This document shows positions 8,941 to 19,947 of a stretch of DNA of 64,000 nucleotides, piece after piece. Source of the DNA: Bdellovibrionota bacterium. Its GTDB lineage: Bacteria > Bdellovibrionota_C > UBA2361 > CAKMMH01. The DNA lies in NCBI GenBank assembly GCA_050952645.1, contig JBMNLI010000012.1, forward strand, positions 192,001 to 256,000. Direction: 5' to 3'. Within the stretch, counting starts at the first letter, position 1, and every line of letters starts with the position of its first letter. The position numbers and the translations under genes were made by a program. The notes beneath the pieces were generated by a model. The model was given only the letters and a program-made list of their open reading frames with translations, searched no databases and was not told the origin of the DNA.

Positions 8941-11900
8941 ATGAGATTTACAGATATATTTATTAAAAGACCAGTGCTTGCAATTTGTGTAAACTTAATA
9001 ATTTTAATTGTAGGTATTCAATCTATAAATAAATTAACGACTAGACAATACCCTCAAAGTGATTTTGCAAAAATTACGGTAAGAACCATGTATGTTGGTG
9101 CAAACGCAGATTTAGTAAGAGGTTTTATTACTACCCCATTAGAGCGTGTTATAGCGAGTGCAGATGGTATCGATTATATAGAGTCTTCAAGCACGCAAGG
9201 CTTAAGCACTATAACTGTAAATTTAAAATTAAATTACCCTGTAAATGAGGCGTTAACTCAAATCCAATCCAAGGTAAACCAAGTAAAGAGCGAGCTTCCT
9301 GCAGGTTCTGAAGAGCCTATAATCGATATGGAAAATACGAACGATAGGTTTGCATCATTATTTATAAGTTTTTACTCAGACGAGTTAGAAGCAAATGAAA
9401 TTACAGACTATCTAATAAGGGTAATACAACCAAAACTTTCCTCCGTTCCTGGGGTGCAAAAGGCTGAAATTTTAGGTGGAAGAACTTTTGCAATGCGTGT
9501 TTGGCTAAACCCAGATAAAATGGCATCGATGAATATTAGGGCAGTAGATGTTTATAGTGCATTAAGGGCTAATAACTACTTATCTGCACTAGGAAGTAGC
9601 AAAGGCAATATGGTTAAGGTCGTTTTAAATGCTAATACCGATGTGCAAGATGTTGCAGGGTTTGAAAACCTAGTGATCAAAGATACTGGTGGAACGCTTA
9701 TAAGATTAAAAGATATCGCAAAGGTAGAACTAGGCGCCGAGGATTACGATACTGATATTAGGTTTAGAGATAAATCTGCTATTTTTATAGGTATCTGGGC
9801 ACTTCCTAATGCTAATGCGTTAGATGTTGTTAGTGATATTAGAAAATTGCTTCCAGAAATAGAAAAGATTTTGCCTAGTGGTTTAAGTTTAAAGGTATGC
9901 TATGATGCTACGGATTATATTAGAAACTCCATAGCTGAGGTAAAAGGAACGCTTTATGAAACTATTATCATAGTAATGCTAGTTATCTTTTTATTTATCG
10001 GCTCCTTTCGTTCTGTGCTAGTGCCAATCGTAGTTATTCCTCTTTCTCTAATCGGAGCCTTTGGGCTGATTTTAATTTTGGGATTTTCTATAAACCTTTT
10101 AACGCTTTTAGCTATCGTGCTAGCCGTAGGGTTAGTAGTAGATGATGCCATAGTAATGCTTGAAAATATAGAGAGGCACGCCTCGGAAGGGAAAACGCCA
10201 TTTGAAGCTGCAATAATAGGTGCTAGAGAACTTATTGGTCCTATCGTTTCAATGACTATCACTTTAGCTGCAGTTTATGCTCCGATAGGTTTGCAAGGAG
10301 GTTTAACGGGGACTCTTTTTAAAGAGTTTGCTTTTACTCTTGCAGGGACGGTTCTTATTTCTGGGGTTATCGCTTTAACTCTATCTCCTATGATGGCTTC
10401 TAAGCTAATTAGCAAAAAGAAAACACCTTTAAAAGAATTAGTAGAAAAAGCATTTGAAGCAGTAAAAAATCTGTATGAAAAAATGCTTAAGGCATCTTTA
10501 AACGCTAGAGCTGGAGTCTTAGTATTCGCAGTTTTTGTAATGCTACTAATATTTCCTTTATATAAGTACTCGACTAGCGAACTTGCCCCTTCGGAGGATA
10601 ACGGAGCCGTAATGACGATTATAGAGGCTTCTGCAAACTCGACTAAAGAGCAGACCGTAGGATATATGAAGCCGATAGAAGAAATATTAACAAACGTTCC
10701 AGAAACCGATTTATTTTTTAATGTTGTGCAATTTAATACTGGGTTTTCGGTAATTACATTAAAGCCTTGGAAAGAAAGAAAAAGACATGCAGATGAGATA
10801 AGAATGAGTATATATGCGCAAGTAGCGCAAGTCCCAGGAGTAAGAACTATAGTAATGACGCCTCCTCCACTTCCTGGGGGAAGTATGTTTCCTGTAGAAT
10901 TTGTAATCACATCTACGGACGAACCGAGAATCCTTTTAGAATATGCAAATGAGCTAGTAAAAGCTGGTATGGAAAGTAAAAAGTTTATGTATATCGATAC
11001 AGATTTAAAATACGATTTGCCAGAAAGTAAACTTATACTAGACCACGAGAAAATTGGAACTATGGGGCTTAATTTAAGTGATATTGGGCAAGATGTTTCA
11101 ATCTTTTTAGGTGGTAATTACGTAAATAGATTTAATATGCAAGGAAGAAGCTATAAGGTAATTCCGCAAATAAATAGAAAAGATAGGCTAAACCCTGAGC
11201 AGATTTTAGATTTACATATAAAAAGTAATTCTGATAATTTAATAAAATTAGGAACAGTTGGAACTCTAAAGGATACAGTAGAGCCTAGAGAGCTTAAAAA
11301 ATTTAATCAGTTAAATGCGGTTAAGATAAATGGAGTGCTTCCAACTGGCGTAACTATAGATGGTGGTTTAAGAGTGCTAGAAGATAAAGCAAAGGAAATT
11401 TTACCAACAAGCTATCAAGTAGATTACGCAGGAGAGTCTAGGCAATTAAGAACCGAGGGAGACCAACTAAAAGTAACTATAGTTTTATCTTTTATTTTAA
11501 TTTACTTAGTTTTAGCTTCACAGTTTGAAAGTTTTAGAGATCCATTTATTATTTTAATGGGTTCAGTTCCTTTAGCCTTGTCTGGAGCTTTGCTATTTTC
11601 ATTTTTAGGTTTTACTACTATAAACATATATTCACAAGTAGGGTTAGTTACCTTAATAGGGTTAATTTCTAAAAATGGAATTTTAATAGTAGAGTTTGCA
11701 AATTCCTTAAGAGAAAAGGGGCTTTCTAAGCTCGATGCTATCACTCAAGCTTGCCTAATAAGATTGAGACCAGTGCTAATGACCACTGCTGCGACGATTG
11801 TAGGACATTTTCCGTTAGTTATCGCAAGAGGACCAGGGGCAGGTGCTAGAAATAGTATCGGTATTATGCTAGTAACTGGAATGTTTATAGGAACGCTGTT

Positions 11901-11982
11901 TACACTTTTTGTAGTTCCAAATATTTATATGGTAATTTCTAAAAAGAATTGGAAAAAAAGAGATATTAAAATAGATTATTAA
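8941..11982 (+). CDS. RND efflux permease (AcrB/MexW/MexI-like)
   Basis: 1013 aa; FIKRPVLA, GLVVDDAIVMLENI, KNGILIVEFAN and RLRPVLMTT motifs. Confidence 0.96.
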   Translation: MRFTDIFIKRPVLAICVNLIILIVGIQSINKLTTRQYPQSDFAKITVRTMYVGANADLVRGFITTPLERVIASADGIDYIESSSTQGLSTITVNLKLNYPVNEALTQIQSKVNQVKSELPAGSEEPIIDMENTNDRFASLFISFYSDELEANEITDYLIRVIQPKLSSVPGVQKAEILGGRTFAMRVWLNPDKMASMNIRAVDVYSALRANNYLSALGSSKGNMVKVVLNANTDVQDVAGFENLVIKDTGGTLIRLKDIAKVELGAEDYDTDIRFRDKSAIFIGIWALPNANALDVVSDIRKLLPEIEKILPSGLSLKVCYDATDYIRNSIAEVKGTLYETIIIVMLVIFLFIGSFRSVLVPIVVIPLSLIGAFGLILILGFSINLLTLLAIVLAVGLVVDDAIVMLENIERHASEGKTPFEAAIIGARELIGPIVSMTITLAAVYAPIGLQGGLTGTLFKEFAFTLAGTVLISGVIALTLSPMMASKLISKKKTPLKELVEKAFEAVKNLYEKMLKASLNARAGVLVFAVFVMLLIFPLYKYSTSELAPSEDNGAVMTIIEASANSTKEQTVGYMKPIEEILTNVPETDLFFNVVQFNTGFSVITLKPWKERKRHADEIRMSIYAQVAQVPGVRTIVMTPPPLPGGSMFPVEFVITSTDEPRILLEYANELVKAGMESKKFMYIDTDLKYDLPESKLILDHEKIGTMGLNLSDIGQDVSIFLGGNYVNRFNMQGRSYKVIPQINRKDRLNPEQILDLHIKSNSDNLIKLGTVGTLKDTVEPRELKKFNQLNAVKINGVLPTGVTIDGGLRVLEDKAKEILPTSYQVDYAGESRQLRTEGDQLKVTIVLSFILIYLVLASQFESFRDPFIILMGSVPLALSGALLFSFLGFTTINIYSQVGLVTLIGLISKNGILIVEFANSLREKGLSKLDAITQACLIRLRPVLMTTAATIVGHFPLVIARGPGAGARNSIGIMLVTGMFIGTLFTLFVVPNIYMVISKKNWKKRDIKIDY

Positions 11983-12120
11983 AAAAATGCTAATAATACT
12001 AATTTTAATATTGTATAGTAATATTTGTGATAGTTATTAGTAGTAGTTATTTAGCAATTAAGTAGTAAATAGTAAATATGAATAGATAATATAAATAATG
12101 ATATTTTAGGGTTAATTTTT

Positions 12121-13548
12121 ATGTTAAAAAATATTAAAAAAGTTTTTATAAGTTTTATATTGCTACTTTTTAGTGCTTGTGCAGTAGGCAGGGATTATAT
12201 AAAGCCGAGTATAGAAACTCCAAGTAAGTTTGATGCAGAAAGTAGTAAAGATTTTACTAAAGAAATAGTCGATACTTCTTGGTGGAAATATTTTGAAGAT
12301 AAGACGCTATCAAAATTAGTAGAAGATGCCGTAAAAGGAAATAAAGATATAGAGCAAGCTTTATCTAGAGTCAATCAATCTAGAGCATTATTAAAAGAAG
12401 CTTATGCAAAGTTTTTACCTACTACTAGCGCGGGGTTTGTAGGCCAAGATGTAAAAAATCACGCTACAGGAACTATTAGACAAATGCCTATAAGCGATAA
12501 CGATCTATTTGCCGCTTCGGCTGATGCTAGTTGGGAAATCGATATTTTTGGGAAATTAAGAAGAAATGTCGAAATGCAAAAAGCAACGCTACATGCTACG
12601 ACTGCTAGTTTATACGATGCTACTAGAATACTAGTTGCCGATGTAGCAAACGTATATTTTTCCTTAAGAAGTTATCAAGAACAGCTTGCTATCGCTAAGA
12701 AAAATATCGAAACTCAGCAAGAAACCTTAGAGATAGTAACTGCAAAATTTTTAGCAGGTCAAGTAAGCGAGTTAGATAAGGTTAGAGCTGAAACTCAGCT
12801 TGAAGCTACTAAGTCGATTACACCACCGCTAGAAACTGCTATTCAAGTTAATATGCATCGCTTAGCAGTGCTTTGCGGAAAATATCCTAATGAGTTAGAA
12901 AAAGAGCTTTCTTTATGGGAGCCTTTAAAAATATATAATGGTCCAGTTATAATCTCAGATGCTGAAAATCTTTTAAAAACTAGACCAGATATAATGATGG
13001 CTGAAAGAAATTTAGCAGCTGCTACGGCTTTAATAGGTGTTAATAAGGCAGATTATTTTCCTCGTTTTTCAATCTCAGGTTCTTTAAGTTTAAAGACCGA
13101 TGACTTATCTAAGCTTTTTCATAACGGCATGCAAAGCTCTTTTGGTCCTAGCATTACTTGGACGCCACTCGATTTTGGGCAAATTAGAGCGAGAGTAAAA
13201 GCTAGTGAGGAAAGAGTAGGCGAGGCATTATCGAAATATGAAAGCACTATCTTGCGTGCGTTTGAAGATGTTGAAAACTCATTAACTGCTTTCTCAGCAG
13301 AAAGAAGAAGATATGCGATGCTTAAAAAAACTTTTGAACTTTCAGAGAAGGCTTATCTTTTAGCAAAAGACCAATATAAAGAGGGTGTGTTAGATTTTAT
13401 ATCCGTTTTAACTGCACAAGGCGATATGTTAAATAATGAAAATAATTTATGTAAAAGTAAAGAAAGATTAAATAGTTCTATCGTTTCCATATACAAAGCG
13501 TTAGGTGGAGGCTGGGAAGCTTGGCAATTAGTCGAGGATAAAAAATAG
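12121..13548 (+). CDS. Outer membrane efflux lipoprotein (OprM/NodT family)
   Basis: Lipobox FSAC, WWKYF.D..L, ASWEIDIFG, RPDIMMAE and C-terminal YKALGGGW. Confidence 0.94.
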   Translation: MLKNIKKVFISFILLLFSACAVGRDYIKPSIETPSKFDAESSKDFTKEIVDTSWWKYFEDKTLSKLVEDAVKGNKDIEQALSRVNQSRALLKEAYAKFLPTTSAGFVGQDVKNHATGTIRQMPISDNDLFAASADASWEIDIFGKLRRNVEMQKATLHATTASLYDATRILVADVANVYFSLRSYQEQLAIAKKNIETQQETLEIVTAKFLAGQVSELDKVRAETQLEATKSITPPLETAIQVNMHRLAVLCGKYPNELEKELSLWEPLKIYNGPVIISDAENLLKTRPDIMMAERNLAAATALIGVNKADYFPRFSISGSLSLKTDDLSKLFHNGMQSSFGPSITWTPLDFGQIRARVKASEERVGEALSKYESTILRAFEDVENSLTAFSAERRRYAMLKKTFELSEKAYLLAKDQYKEGVLDFISVLTAQGDMLNNENNLCKSKERLNSSIVSIYKALGGGWEAWQLVEDKK

Positions 13549-13576
13549 AGTATCTTTTTTCTAGAGTATTTTTTTT

Positions 13577-13592
13577 TGGTATACATTTTGCT
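13577..13592 (+). promoter_or_regulatory. Putative sigma54 promoter of fliK
   Basis: TGGTATACATTTTGCT has GG-N10-GC spacing, about 40 bp upstream of the ATG. Confidence 0.6.
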
Positions 13593-13632
13593 TTTATAAG
13601 TTAAAGGTCGTTTATAAGAGTAAAAAGCGTAT

Positions 13633-15267
13633 ATGAATATAAAATCAGAAAATATATCGAATTTTAAGCAAGTTAAGGCTGACACTTCCTCTTTTTATCT
13701 AGATAATTTAAGTAATCTAAATAAAAACAAAGAGAGTGGATGGGAAGTTTTTTCCTCTATGTTAGAAAATTTTTCTAATACTGCTACGTTTAATAAAGAA
13801 GATATCAAAAGAAATACTAATATTAACAAAAACGATTTTAGAGAAAAAGATATAGAAAATAGAAGATTAGCTAGAAAAGAAGATAATTTTAAAGATAATT
13901 TTAAAGATGATAAAAAAATAGATCGAAAAGAAAGCTTAAAAGAAATTTCTAGAGAAACTAATTTTAGAGAAACTAAAAAGAGTGATAAGAAAATTTCTAA
14001 TAAAAAATCTTCTAATGAAACTAAGCAAAAAGAAGCTACTAGCGAAGAAAGCAATAAGATAAATAAAGAGCAAGCGGAAAATAAAGAAAGTAATAAAATA
14101 AATAGCGAAAAAACTAATAATATAGAACCTAGTAAAATAAGCACTGAAGATGTAAAAGAGCTTGTGCAAAAGATAATAAATATTTTAGAAGCTACAAAGA
14201 AATTTACTAACGATGAAATACTTAAAATAAAAGATGCGCTTGAAAGTGGTAGTTTCGATTTGCAAAAATTTAATTTAAAAGATTTTTTATATAATTTAAA
14301 AGAAGCGATAGAAGGCAAGAGTTTTACTAATTTAGAGTTAAATAAATTTATTAAAGATGTAAGCAAATTAGTAAACGAGCTACAAAGTAGCGGAAAGATA
14401 GATGTAGCATTTTTAGAAAGCGTTTTGCGAGAAAGCACGAAAGAAAAAGAGCAAATAAATAGCGATATTAAAGTTCGTGAAACTTCTAAAGATAAATTAA
14501 ACATAACTTCGGTATTTGAAGAAGTGCTAAAAGATATTTTAAATTCAAATTTACAAGGCGATAATAATGAAAGACTTCAAAATTTTTCGAGTCTCTATCT
14601 AAATAATAATAATTTACCAAATAAAAATACTCAAACAGATTTACTTATAGAAAAGTTTCAAACTATAACTCGTTCGCTAAGTGGTAGTTATGAAAACTCT
14701 TCGATGCTTAATGTAGAAAAGAATTTTTTAGATACTCAAAATATGGTAAATGCTTTAAATACCGATGCGAAAAATAGTATCGATTTAACAGCAAAAAAAG
14801 ACGTGTTCTTAAAAACTTTAGATGGGAATGCTCAAGCTAAAGTTTTAGAGAGAGTAGCAGACGTTCTAAAAACTATTTCTTCGTCGAAAGATGGCTCGTC
14901 TATTTCACTCAGGTTAGACCCACCTAGTCTTGGAGAGGTGAAAGTCGATATGACTTATAAAAATGGAAATTTATTTGCAAGAATTATTGCAGACAATAAA
15001 GAGGTAGAGAACCTATTAAAAAGCAAAGCCGCAGAGCTTCAGCAAATTTTAAGAAATTCTGGTATAGATGCAAATAAGATAAATGTTTTTATAGCTTCTA
15101 AAGATAATTATGAAAATAGAGAAAGTAAAAATATGAGTGAAAGCAATATAAAAAACGATATCTTAAAAATTTTAAGTCAAAGCGATGATGAAAATAGTGA
15201 TGCTCGAAGCGATGCTTTAGAAGCACTTGAAAATAAAAATGAAAGTTTATCTAGATGGATAGCTTAA
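13633..15267 (+). CDS. fliK: Flagellar hook-length control protein FliK
   Basis: Low-complexity N-terminus; C-terminal Flg_hook domain ISLRLDPPSLGEVKVDM...ELQQILRNSGI. Confidence 0.85.
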   Translation: MNIKSENISNFKQVKADTSSFYLDNLSNLNKNKESGWEVFSSMLENFSNTATFNKEDIKRNTNINKNDFREKDIENRRLARKEDNFKDNFKDDKKIDRKESLKEISRETNFRETKKSDKKISNKKSSNETKQKEATSEESNKINKEQAENKESNKINSEKTNNIEPSKISTEDVKELVQKIINILEATKKFTNDEILKIKDALESGSFDLQKFNLKDFLYNLKEAIEGKSFTNLELNKFIKDVSKLVNELQSSGKIDVAFLESVLRESTKEKEQINSDIKVRETSKDKLNITSVFEEVLKDILNSNLQGDNNERLQNFSSLYLNNNNLPNKNTQTDLLIEKFQTITRSLSGSYENSSMLNVEKNFLDTQNMVNALNTDAKNSIDLTAKKDVFLKTLDGNAQAKVLERVADVLKTISSSKDGSSISLRLDPPSLGEVKVDMTYKNGNLFARIIADNKEVENLLKSKAAELQQILRNSGIDANKINVFIASKDNYENRESKNMSESNIKNDILKILSQSDDENSDARSDALEALENKNESLSRWIA

Positions 15268-15427
15268 AAAAGATTTTTAATAATATTTGCAAAGTAAAAG
15301 ATGAAAGAAGGGTAAATAAATTTATAATTTAGAAATTTATTAAATTGTTCCTTGTCAATTTCCTATAAAGTGTATATCTTAAAATTAAGTCCTTTTATTT
15401 TTTCAATCCAAAATTAACAAATTAAAT

Positions 15428-16780
15428 ATGAAGTTTTATAGAAGTTTTACATTTTTAATATGCTGTTTTATTTTTACAAATTCTGTAATGGCAGATGAGT
15501 TTGCAAGTTTATTAAGTGCGACTAAACAAAAGGTAGGTTTTTACTTGTATGATATCGAAAATAATAGAGTATTATCTTCTTACAAAGAAACTAGACCGTT
15601 AAGACCTGCAAGCCTTTTAAAAATTCTTACTAGCTACGGAGCTTTAAGAACTTTAGGCCCCGAGCATACTTTTACTACTAAGGTGTTCGTTGAAGGACAT
15701 AGAGGTAGCCACGTAGAGCGTTTAATAGTTAAAGGTGGAGGAGACCCTAGCTTTAGCACTGAAAGCCTTTGGAAGCTAGCTAGAGAGATTAAGAAAGCTA
15801 GGATTAGTAAAATTAACACTATCGTGCTAGATGATTCGCTATACTTAAATTTAAATGAAAGGGGCGGAGAGCGTGCTTATCAAGCAAAGGCTACGGCTCT
15901 TCCTTTAAATTATAACTCTATCGAGTTTAAAGTTTGTCCTCGTAGTTGTGGAATGCAGGCGGACGTATCTTACGATCCTTTTGAGTATGGGATAAATTTC
16001 GACGGCAAAATTATAACAGATAGTAAAAAACATTTTTACCAAGTTGATGAATTAAAAACGTCTCCTAACACTTATACGCTTTCTGGAAATATAAAATGCA
16101 TGGCGCCTTGTGATACTTTTTATAGGAGCATAGATGATCCGCTTTTATATTTTACTCAAGTTTTCTATGAATTTTTAAGTTATTTAGATATAAGTGCTTC
16201 AAAAAAATTTTTAGCGAGTGTAAAAAGCGATAATGGTAAACTATTATTTTCTCAAAGTAGTTTGCCATTAAAAGAAATATTAGTAGGGCTAAACCATTAT
16301 AGTGTAAACGTAACTGCTAACCATTTAGTTTATGCTATTGGAAAGACTGACATCGGAAAAAGTTTTAATGTAGGGCTAGGCGTGTTAAATAAAGTAGCTA
16401 GGGATTTTGGTTGCACTAGTTGCAATATAGTCGATGGCTCAGGGTTAGATCATAAAAATTTACTTAGTGCTAAAGTGCTAGGAAATATATTAAATGCTAT
16501 AGCAAAATCTCCAAGCATTAGCGCAGAGTTTGAAAGCTCACTTCCTACAATGGGTAGAAGCGGCACTTTAAAGAAAGTTAATTATCTGCCGCAATCGGTA
16601 GTCTTAAGGGCAAAAACTGGAACCATAAATGGAGTAAGAGGGCTTGCTGGGTATATCTATTCTAGGAGAGGTAAGAAATATACATTTGTTATAATGCAAG
16701 ATGGAGCAGATTATGTGAGCGCCGTTAACCTTGAAAGGAAATTAGTTAATTTAATAAATAACAGAATAAATAGAAATTAA
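15428..16780 (+). CDS. dacB: D-Ala-D-Ala carboxypeptidase/endopeptidase PBP4 (peptidase S13)
   Basis: Signal peptide; PASLLK (SxxK), SVN (SxN), DGSGL and AKTGT motifs. Confidence 0.93.
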   Translation: MKFYRSFTFLICCFIFTNSVMADEFASLLSATKQKVGFYLYDIENNRVLSSYKETRPLRPASLLKILTSYGALRTLGPEHTFTTKVFVEGHRGSHVERLIVKGGGDPSFSTESLWKLAREIKKARISKINTIVLDDSLYLNLNERGGERAYQAKATALPLNYNSIEFKVCPRSCGMQADVSYDPFEYGINFDGKIITDSKKHFYQVDELKTSPNTYTLSGNIKCMAPCDTFYRSIDDPLLYFTQVFYEFLSYLDISASKKFLASVKSDNGKLLFSQSSLPLKEILVGLNHYSVNVTANHLVYAIGKTDIGKSFNVGLGVLNKVARDFGCTSCNIVDGSGLDHKNLLSAKVLGNILNAIAKSPSISAEFESSLPTMGRSGTLKKVNYLPQSVVLRAKTGTINGVRGLAGYIYSRRGKKYTFVIMQDGADYVSAVNLERKLVNLINNRINRN

Positions 16781-16809
16781 ATAAAAAGGGTAAACAGAGA
16801 GATAGACGT

Positions 16810-18936
16810 ATGAAAAATAATTTAAAAGTATTTATAAATTTTATTTTAATGTTTTTTCTTTTAGCTTCGAATGCTTTTGCTAGAAACCAAGCGTTTCTAG
16901 TTCCAAAGGCTATGCAAGGGAGAGTAAATTTTTGGGTAGATGTATTTACTAAATATGGAAGACACCACTACGTGCTTCACCATAGGGCGTATCCTCAAGT
17001 AGTTTTTAAGGTGCTAGATTTTAACGTATATGCAAATAGTTTTAGTAAGGCGAGACTTGAAAAGTATAAAGAGCAAGTAAAAAGACAAGAAGTAAATAGA
17101 ATTCTTAATATGGCAAAAGCGTTTAGTTTAGGAAGAAATCCTACTAATAGCTACGAAAAAGAAATTTGGAATAAGCTTATAAATCTTCCTGGAGGTAAGG
17201 CAAATTTTGCGAAACTTTATAAAGAGGATTTAGTAAGAGCGCAAGCAGGTATAAAAGAAGAGTATGGAGAAGCCATAAAACGCTCTGGGCGTTATATAGG
17301 GATCATGGAAAAGATTTTTGTTAATGAGTATAAGCTTCCAATAGAACTTACTAGGCTTCCATTCGTGGAGTCATCCTTTAATTATAAAGCTTATAGCAGC
17401 ATTGGAGCTGCTGGCATTTGGCAATTTATGCGCCGAACTGGTGCATCTATGGGAATGATTATAAATAATGCTGTCGATGAAAGAAAAGACCCAGTAGTGG
17501 CAACTAGAGCGGCTGCAAAGTATTTACGAGCAAATTATAACAAGCTAGGTTCTTGGGGATTAGCGATAACGGCCTACAATCACGGAGCTGCTGGAGTAGC
17601 TAGAAAGGTTAAAGAGTATGGGTCTAGCAATATTTCATATATAGTAGAGCATCCTACAAAAAGGTTATTTGGTTTTGCATCGAACAATTTTTATGCTGAA
17701 TTTTTAGCTGCTCTTGAAGTTTATGAAAATAAGGCAAAGTATTTTCCTAATATAAGACAAGAACCAGCACTCCAATTTCTTCAATATCCTTTAAAATATC
17801 CTATAAAAGTTTCTGAGGTTTCAAGAAGATTAAATGTAAGCGTAGATTTAATACAAAAGTATAATTACGCATTAACTAATAAAACTTTAGCAGGTTATTA
17901 TTTGATTCCTAAGGGCTATAAGATAAAGCTACCTAGTGAGTACGCAAATAGGATAGCGCTTTTAGATGCACCAGATAAATCTGCTAGATATGCTAAAGTG
18001 GCTCCAGCTTGGGAAACTGGGAAACGTTATTACACTGTTAAAAAAGGAGATTCACTAGGGTCTATATCTGCTCGTTTTAATGTTAGAGTATCAACTTTAA
18101 AAAGTTTAAATAATTTAAAATCTGATAAAATTTTTATAGGTCAAAATTTATGTATTAGTAGCGGACACGCTACATCTTTAGGAGATGGAAGACCTACTAG
18201 CCGTGTTAGCTATGTAGTTAAAAAGGGAGATACGTTAAGTGGTATAGCTAAAAAGTTTAAAACTTCTGTTGATAACTTAAAAAGATATAATGGTTTAAAA
18301 AATAGTGTAGTTTACGTAGGGCAAAAGCTTACCGTTTCAGTAGGTTCGCTTAGTGGTAGCTCTTCTAGTAGTTCTTCTAGCATATACGTAGTTAAAAAGG
18401 GAGATACGTTAAGTGGTATAGCTAAAAAGTTTAAAACCTCTGTAGATAACTTAAAAAGATATAATGGTTTAAAAAATAGTGTAGTTTACGTAGGGCAAAA
18501 GCTTAACGTTTCAGTAGGTTCGCTTAGTGGTGGATCTCCTAGTAGCTCTTCTAGTGGAGGAAATGTAGTTAGTGCTTCCTCTAGCGTATACGTAGTTAAG
18601 AAAGGAGATACGTTATTAAGTATCGCTTTAAAATATAAAACGAATGTTCGCTATTTAAAAAGTATAAATAATCTTAGAAGCGATGTGTTAAGTATCGGGC
18701 AGAAATTAAAAGTCCCTACTAACTTAGCTCAAAATGGAGTTAGTAATACTAATAATAACGCTTTAAGAGCGCCTGCAAATAAGCCTTTAAATAAGCCTGT
18801 AAGCTATAAAGTTAAAAAAGGCGATACTCTTTGGGGAATAGCTAAGAGGTATGGGGTATCGGTAGAGAGTATAAAAAAAGCTAATAAAATCGCATCAAGT
18901 GGTATAAAGGTAGGGCAAACGCTAATAGTTAAGTAG
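16810..18936 (+). CDS. mltD: Membrane-bound lytic murein transglycosylase D-like protein with five LysM domains
   Basis: SLT motifs VESSFN, GAAGIWQFM and AYNHG; five Y.VKKGD(S/T)L LysM repeats. Confidence 0.88.
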   Translation: MKNNLKVFINFILMFFLLASNAFARNQAFLVPKAMQGRVNFWVDVFTKYGRHHYVLHHRAYPQVVFKVLDFNVYANSFSKARLEKYKEQVKRQEVNRILNMAKAFSLGRNPTNSYEKEIWNKLINLPGGKANFAKLYKEDLVRAQAGIKEEYGEAIKRSGRYIGIMEKIFVNEYKLPIELTRLPFVESSFNYKAYSSIGAAGIWQFMRRTGASMGMIINNAVDERKDPVVATRAAAKYLRANYNKLGSWGLAITAYNHGAAGVARKVKEYGSSNISYIVEHPTKRLFGFASNNFYAEFLAALEVYENKAKYFPNIRQEPALQFLQYPLKYPIKVSEVSRRLNVSVDLIQKYNYALTNKTLAGYYLIPKGYKIKLPSEYANRIALLDAPDKSARYAKVAPAWETGKRYYTVKKGDSLGSISARFNVRVSTLKSLNNLKSDKIFIGQNLCISSGHATSLGDGRPTSRVSYVVKKGDTLSGIAKKFKTSVDNLKRYNGLKNSVVYVGQKLTVSVGSLSGSSSSSSSSIYVVKKGDTLSGIAKKFKTSVDNLKRYNGLKNSVVYVGQKLNVSVGSLSGGSPSSSSSGGNVVSASSSVYVVKKGDTLLSIALKYKTNVRYLKSINNLRSDVLSIGQKLKVPTNLAQNGVSNTNNNALRAPANKPLNKPVSYKVKKGDTLWGIAKRYGVSVESIKKANKIASSGIKVGQTLIVK
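18211..18531 (+). repeat. Near-identical intragenic tandem duplication of a LysM domain (174-bp period)
   Basis: 18211-18357 versus 18385-18531 differ at only a few bases. Confidence 0.9.
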
Positions 18937-19055
18937 TTCTAAATAATATTTTTGATTAAGAATTAAACGTATATTAGACTTTTATTGTTTTGGCTATTTT
19001 ATCGAAATAATTATTTATCGCAATAATTAAAGTTTAATAGGAGATTCTTATCAAA

Positions 19056-19940
19056 ATGCAAAAAGCAATAGCACCAAAATGCAGGCAAGCACCTGCACCA
19101 TCACTAAAAAAAATATTAGATACCGTAATAGGAGGAGATGCTACAAGTAAGGCGATAGAAAGAGAGCGGGTTAAAACCGTTTTGAAAGTTACGGCATTAG
19201 TTAGCGAAGCACTTGAAAAAGAAAAAACGATTTATATAGAAGATTTGTTTAAAGATATTTTAAATTTTTTAACGAATGAAGATTTAGCTTATTTAAAAGA
19301 AAGCGATGATTTAATAAAAGATTTAGAAAAAAGTTTCTTAAAATTATTAACAAATGATATAAAAAATAATTTTGCGATGGACGCCTCAAAAATCGCAGGT
19401 TTTATGTTTGATAAACTTTCATTTCCTAGAGAGTTTTTTAAAGATGAGTATGTAAAAACCAATATGTTAAGTCTTGCAAGGGAGATAATCAAAAAAAGTT
19501 TAAAAGGCGAAGAGGTAGCAACTGGTGCTTTGTATGTAGTAAATTTTTTACAAAAATGCTTGTCGTATAATAAAGAAGATATTTTCCCTAAAAATTTACG
19601 ATATGAGTATAATAAGTATGGGATTAAGGCTTTAGAAACATCTTTAAAATTAGGTTGCATAGAAGAAGCACAAATAACTATTTCTTTTATGGAAGAATAT
19701 TTAGCTTTTGATAAGGCTGAACTAGAAGAGCCTTATAAGAATGAACTTTTACATAATGCATTATTAAAAGGTTATAGAGAAGCTTTAAGTTGTGAGGTTT
19801 GGAAAGGATGGGTGCCAAAATTTAATAGAAAAGAATACTTTAGAGGTTTTAAATCTTTTGGCAAGGACTATTTAGGTCTTTCAGAAAATCGAATAACAGA
19901 AGAATTAAAAGAAATAGAAAAAGAAATTTTTACTAAATAA
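19056..19940 (+). CDS. Hypothetical helical protein
   Basis: 294-aa ORF with a GGAG RBS; no recognised motif. Confidence 0.75.
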   Translation: MQKAIAPKCRQAPAPSLKKILDTVIGGDATSKAIERERVKTVLKVTALVSEALEKEKTIYIEDLFKDILNFLTNEDLAYLKESDDLIKDLEKSFLKLLTNDIKNNFAMDASKIAGFMFDKLSFPREFFKDEYVKTNMLSLAREIIKKSLKGEEVATGALYVVNFLQKCLSYNKEDIFPKNLRYEYNKYGIKALETSLKLGCIEEAQITISFMEEYLAFDKAELEEPYKNELLHNALLKGYREALSCEVWKGWVPKFNRKEYFRGFKSFGKDYLGLSENRITEELKEIEKEIFTK

Positions 19941-19947
19941 ACTTTTC

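Noticed and set aside
10275..10910. 211-aa minus-strand ORF and the other antisense ORFs in the track
   Set aside because: They lie fully opposite well-supported genes and show no motifs; they are shadow ORFs.
13695..14504. 269-aa Leu/Ser/Phe-rich minus-strand ORF
   Set aside because: Antisense shadow of the Lys/Glu/Asn-rich part of fliK.
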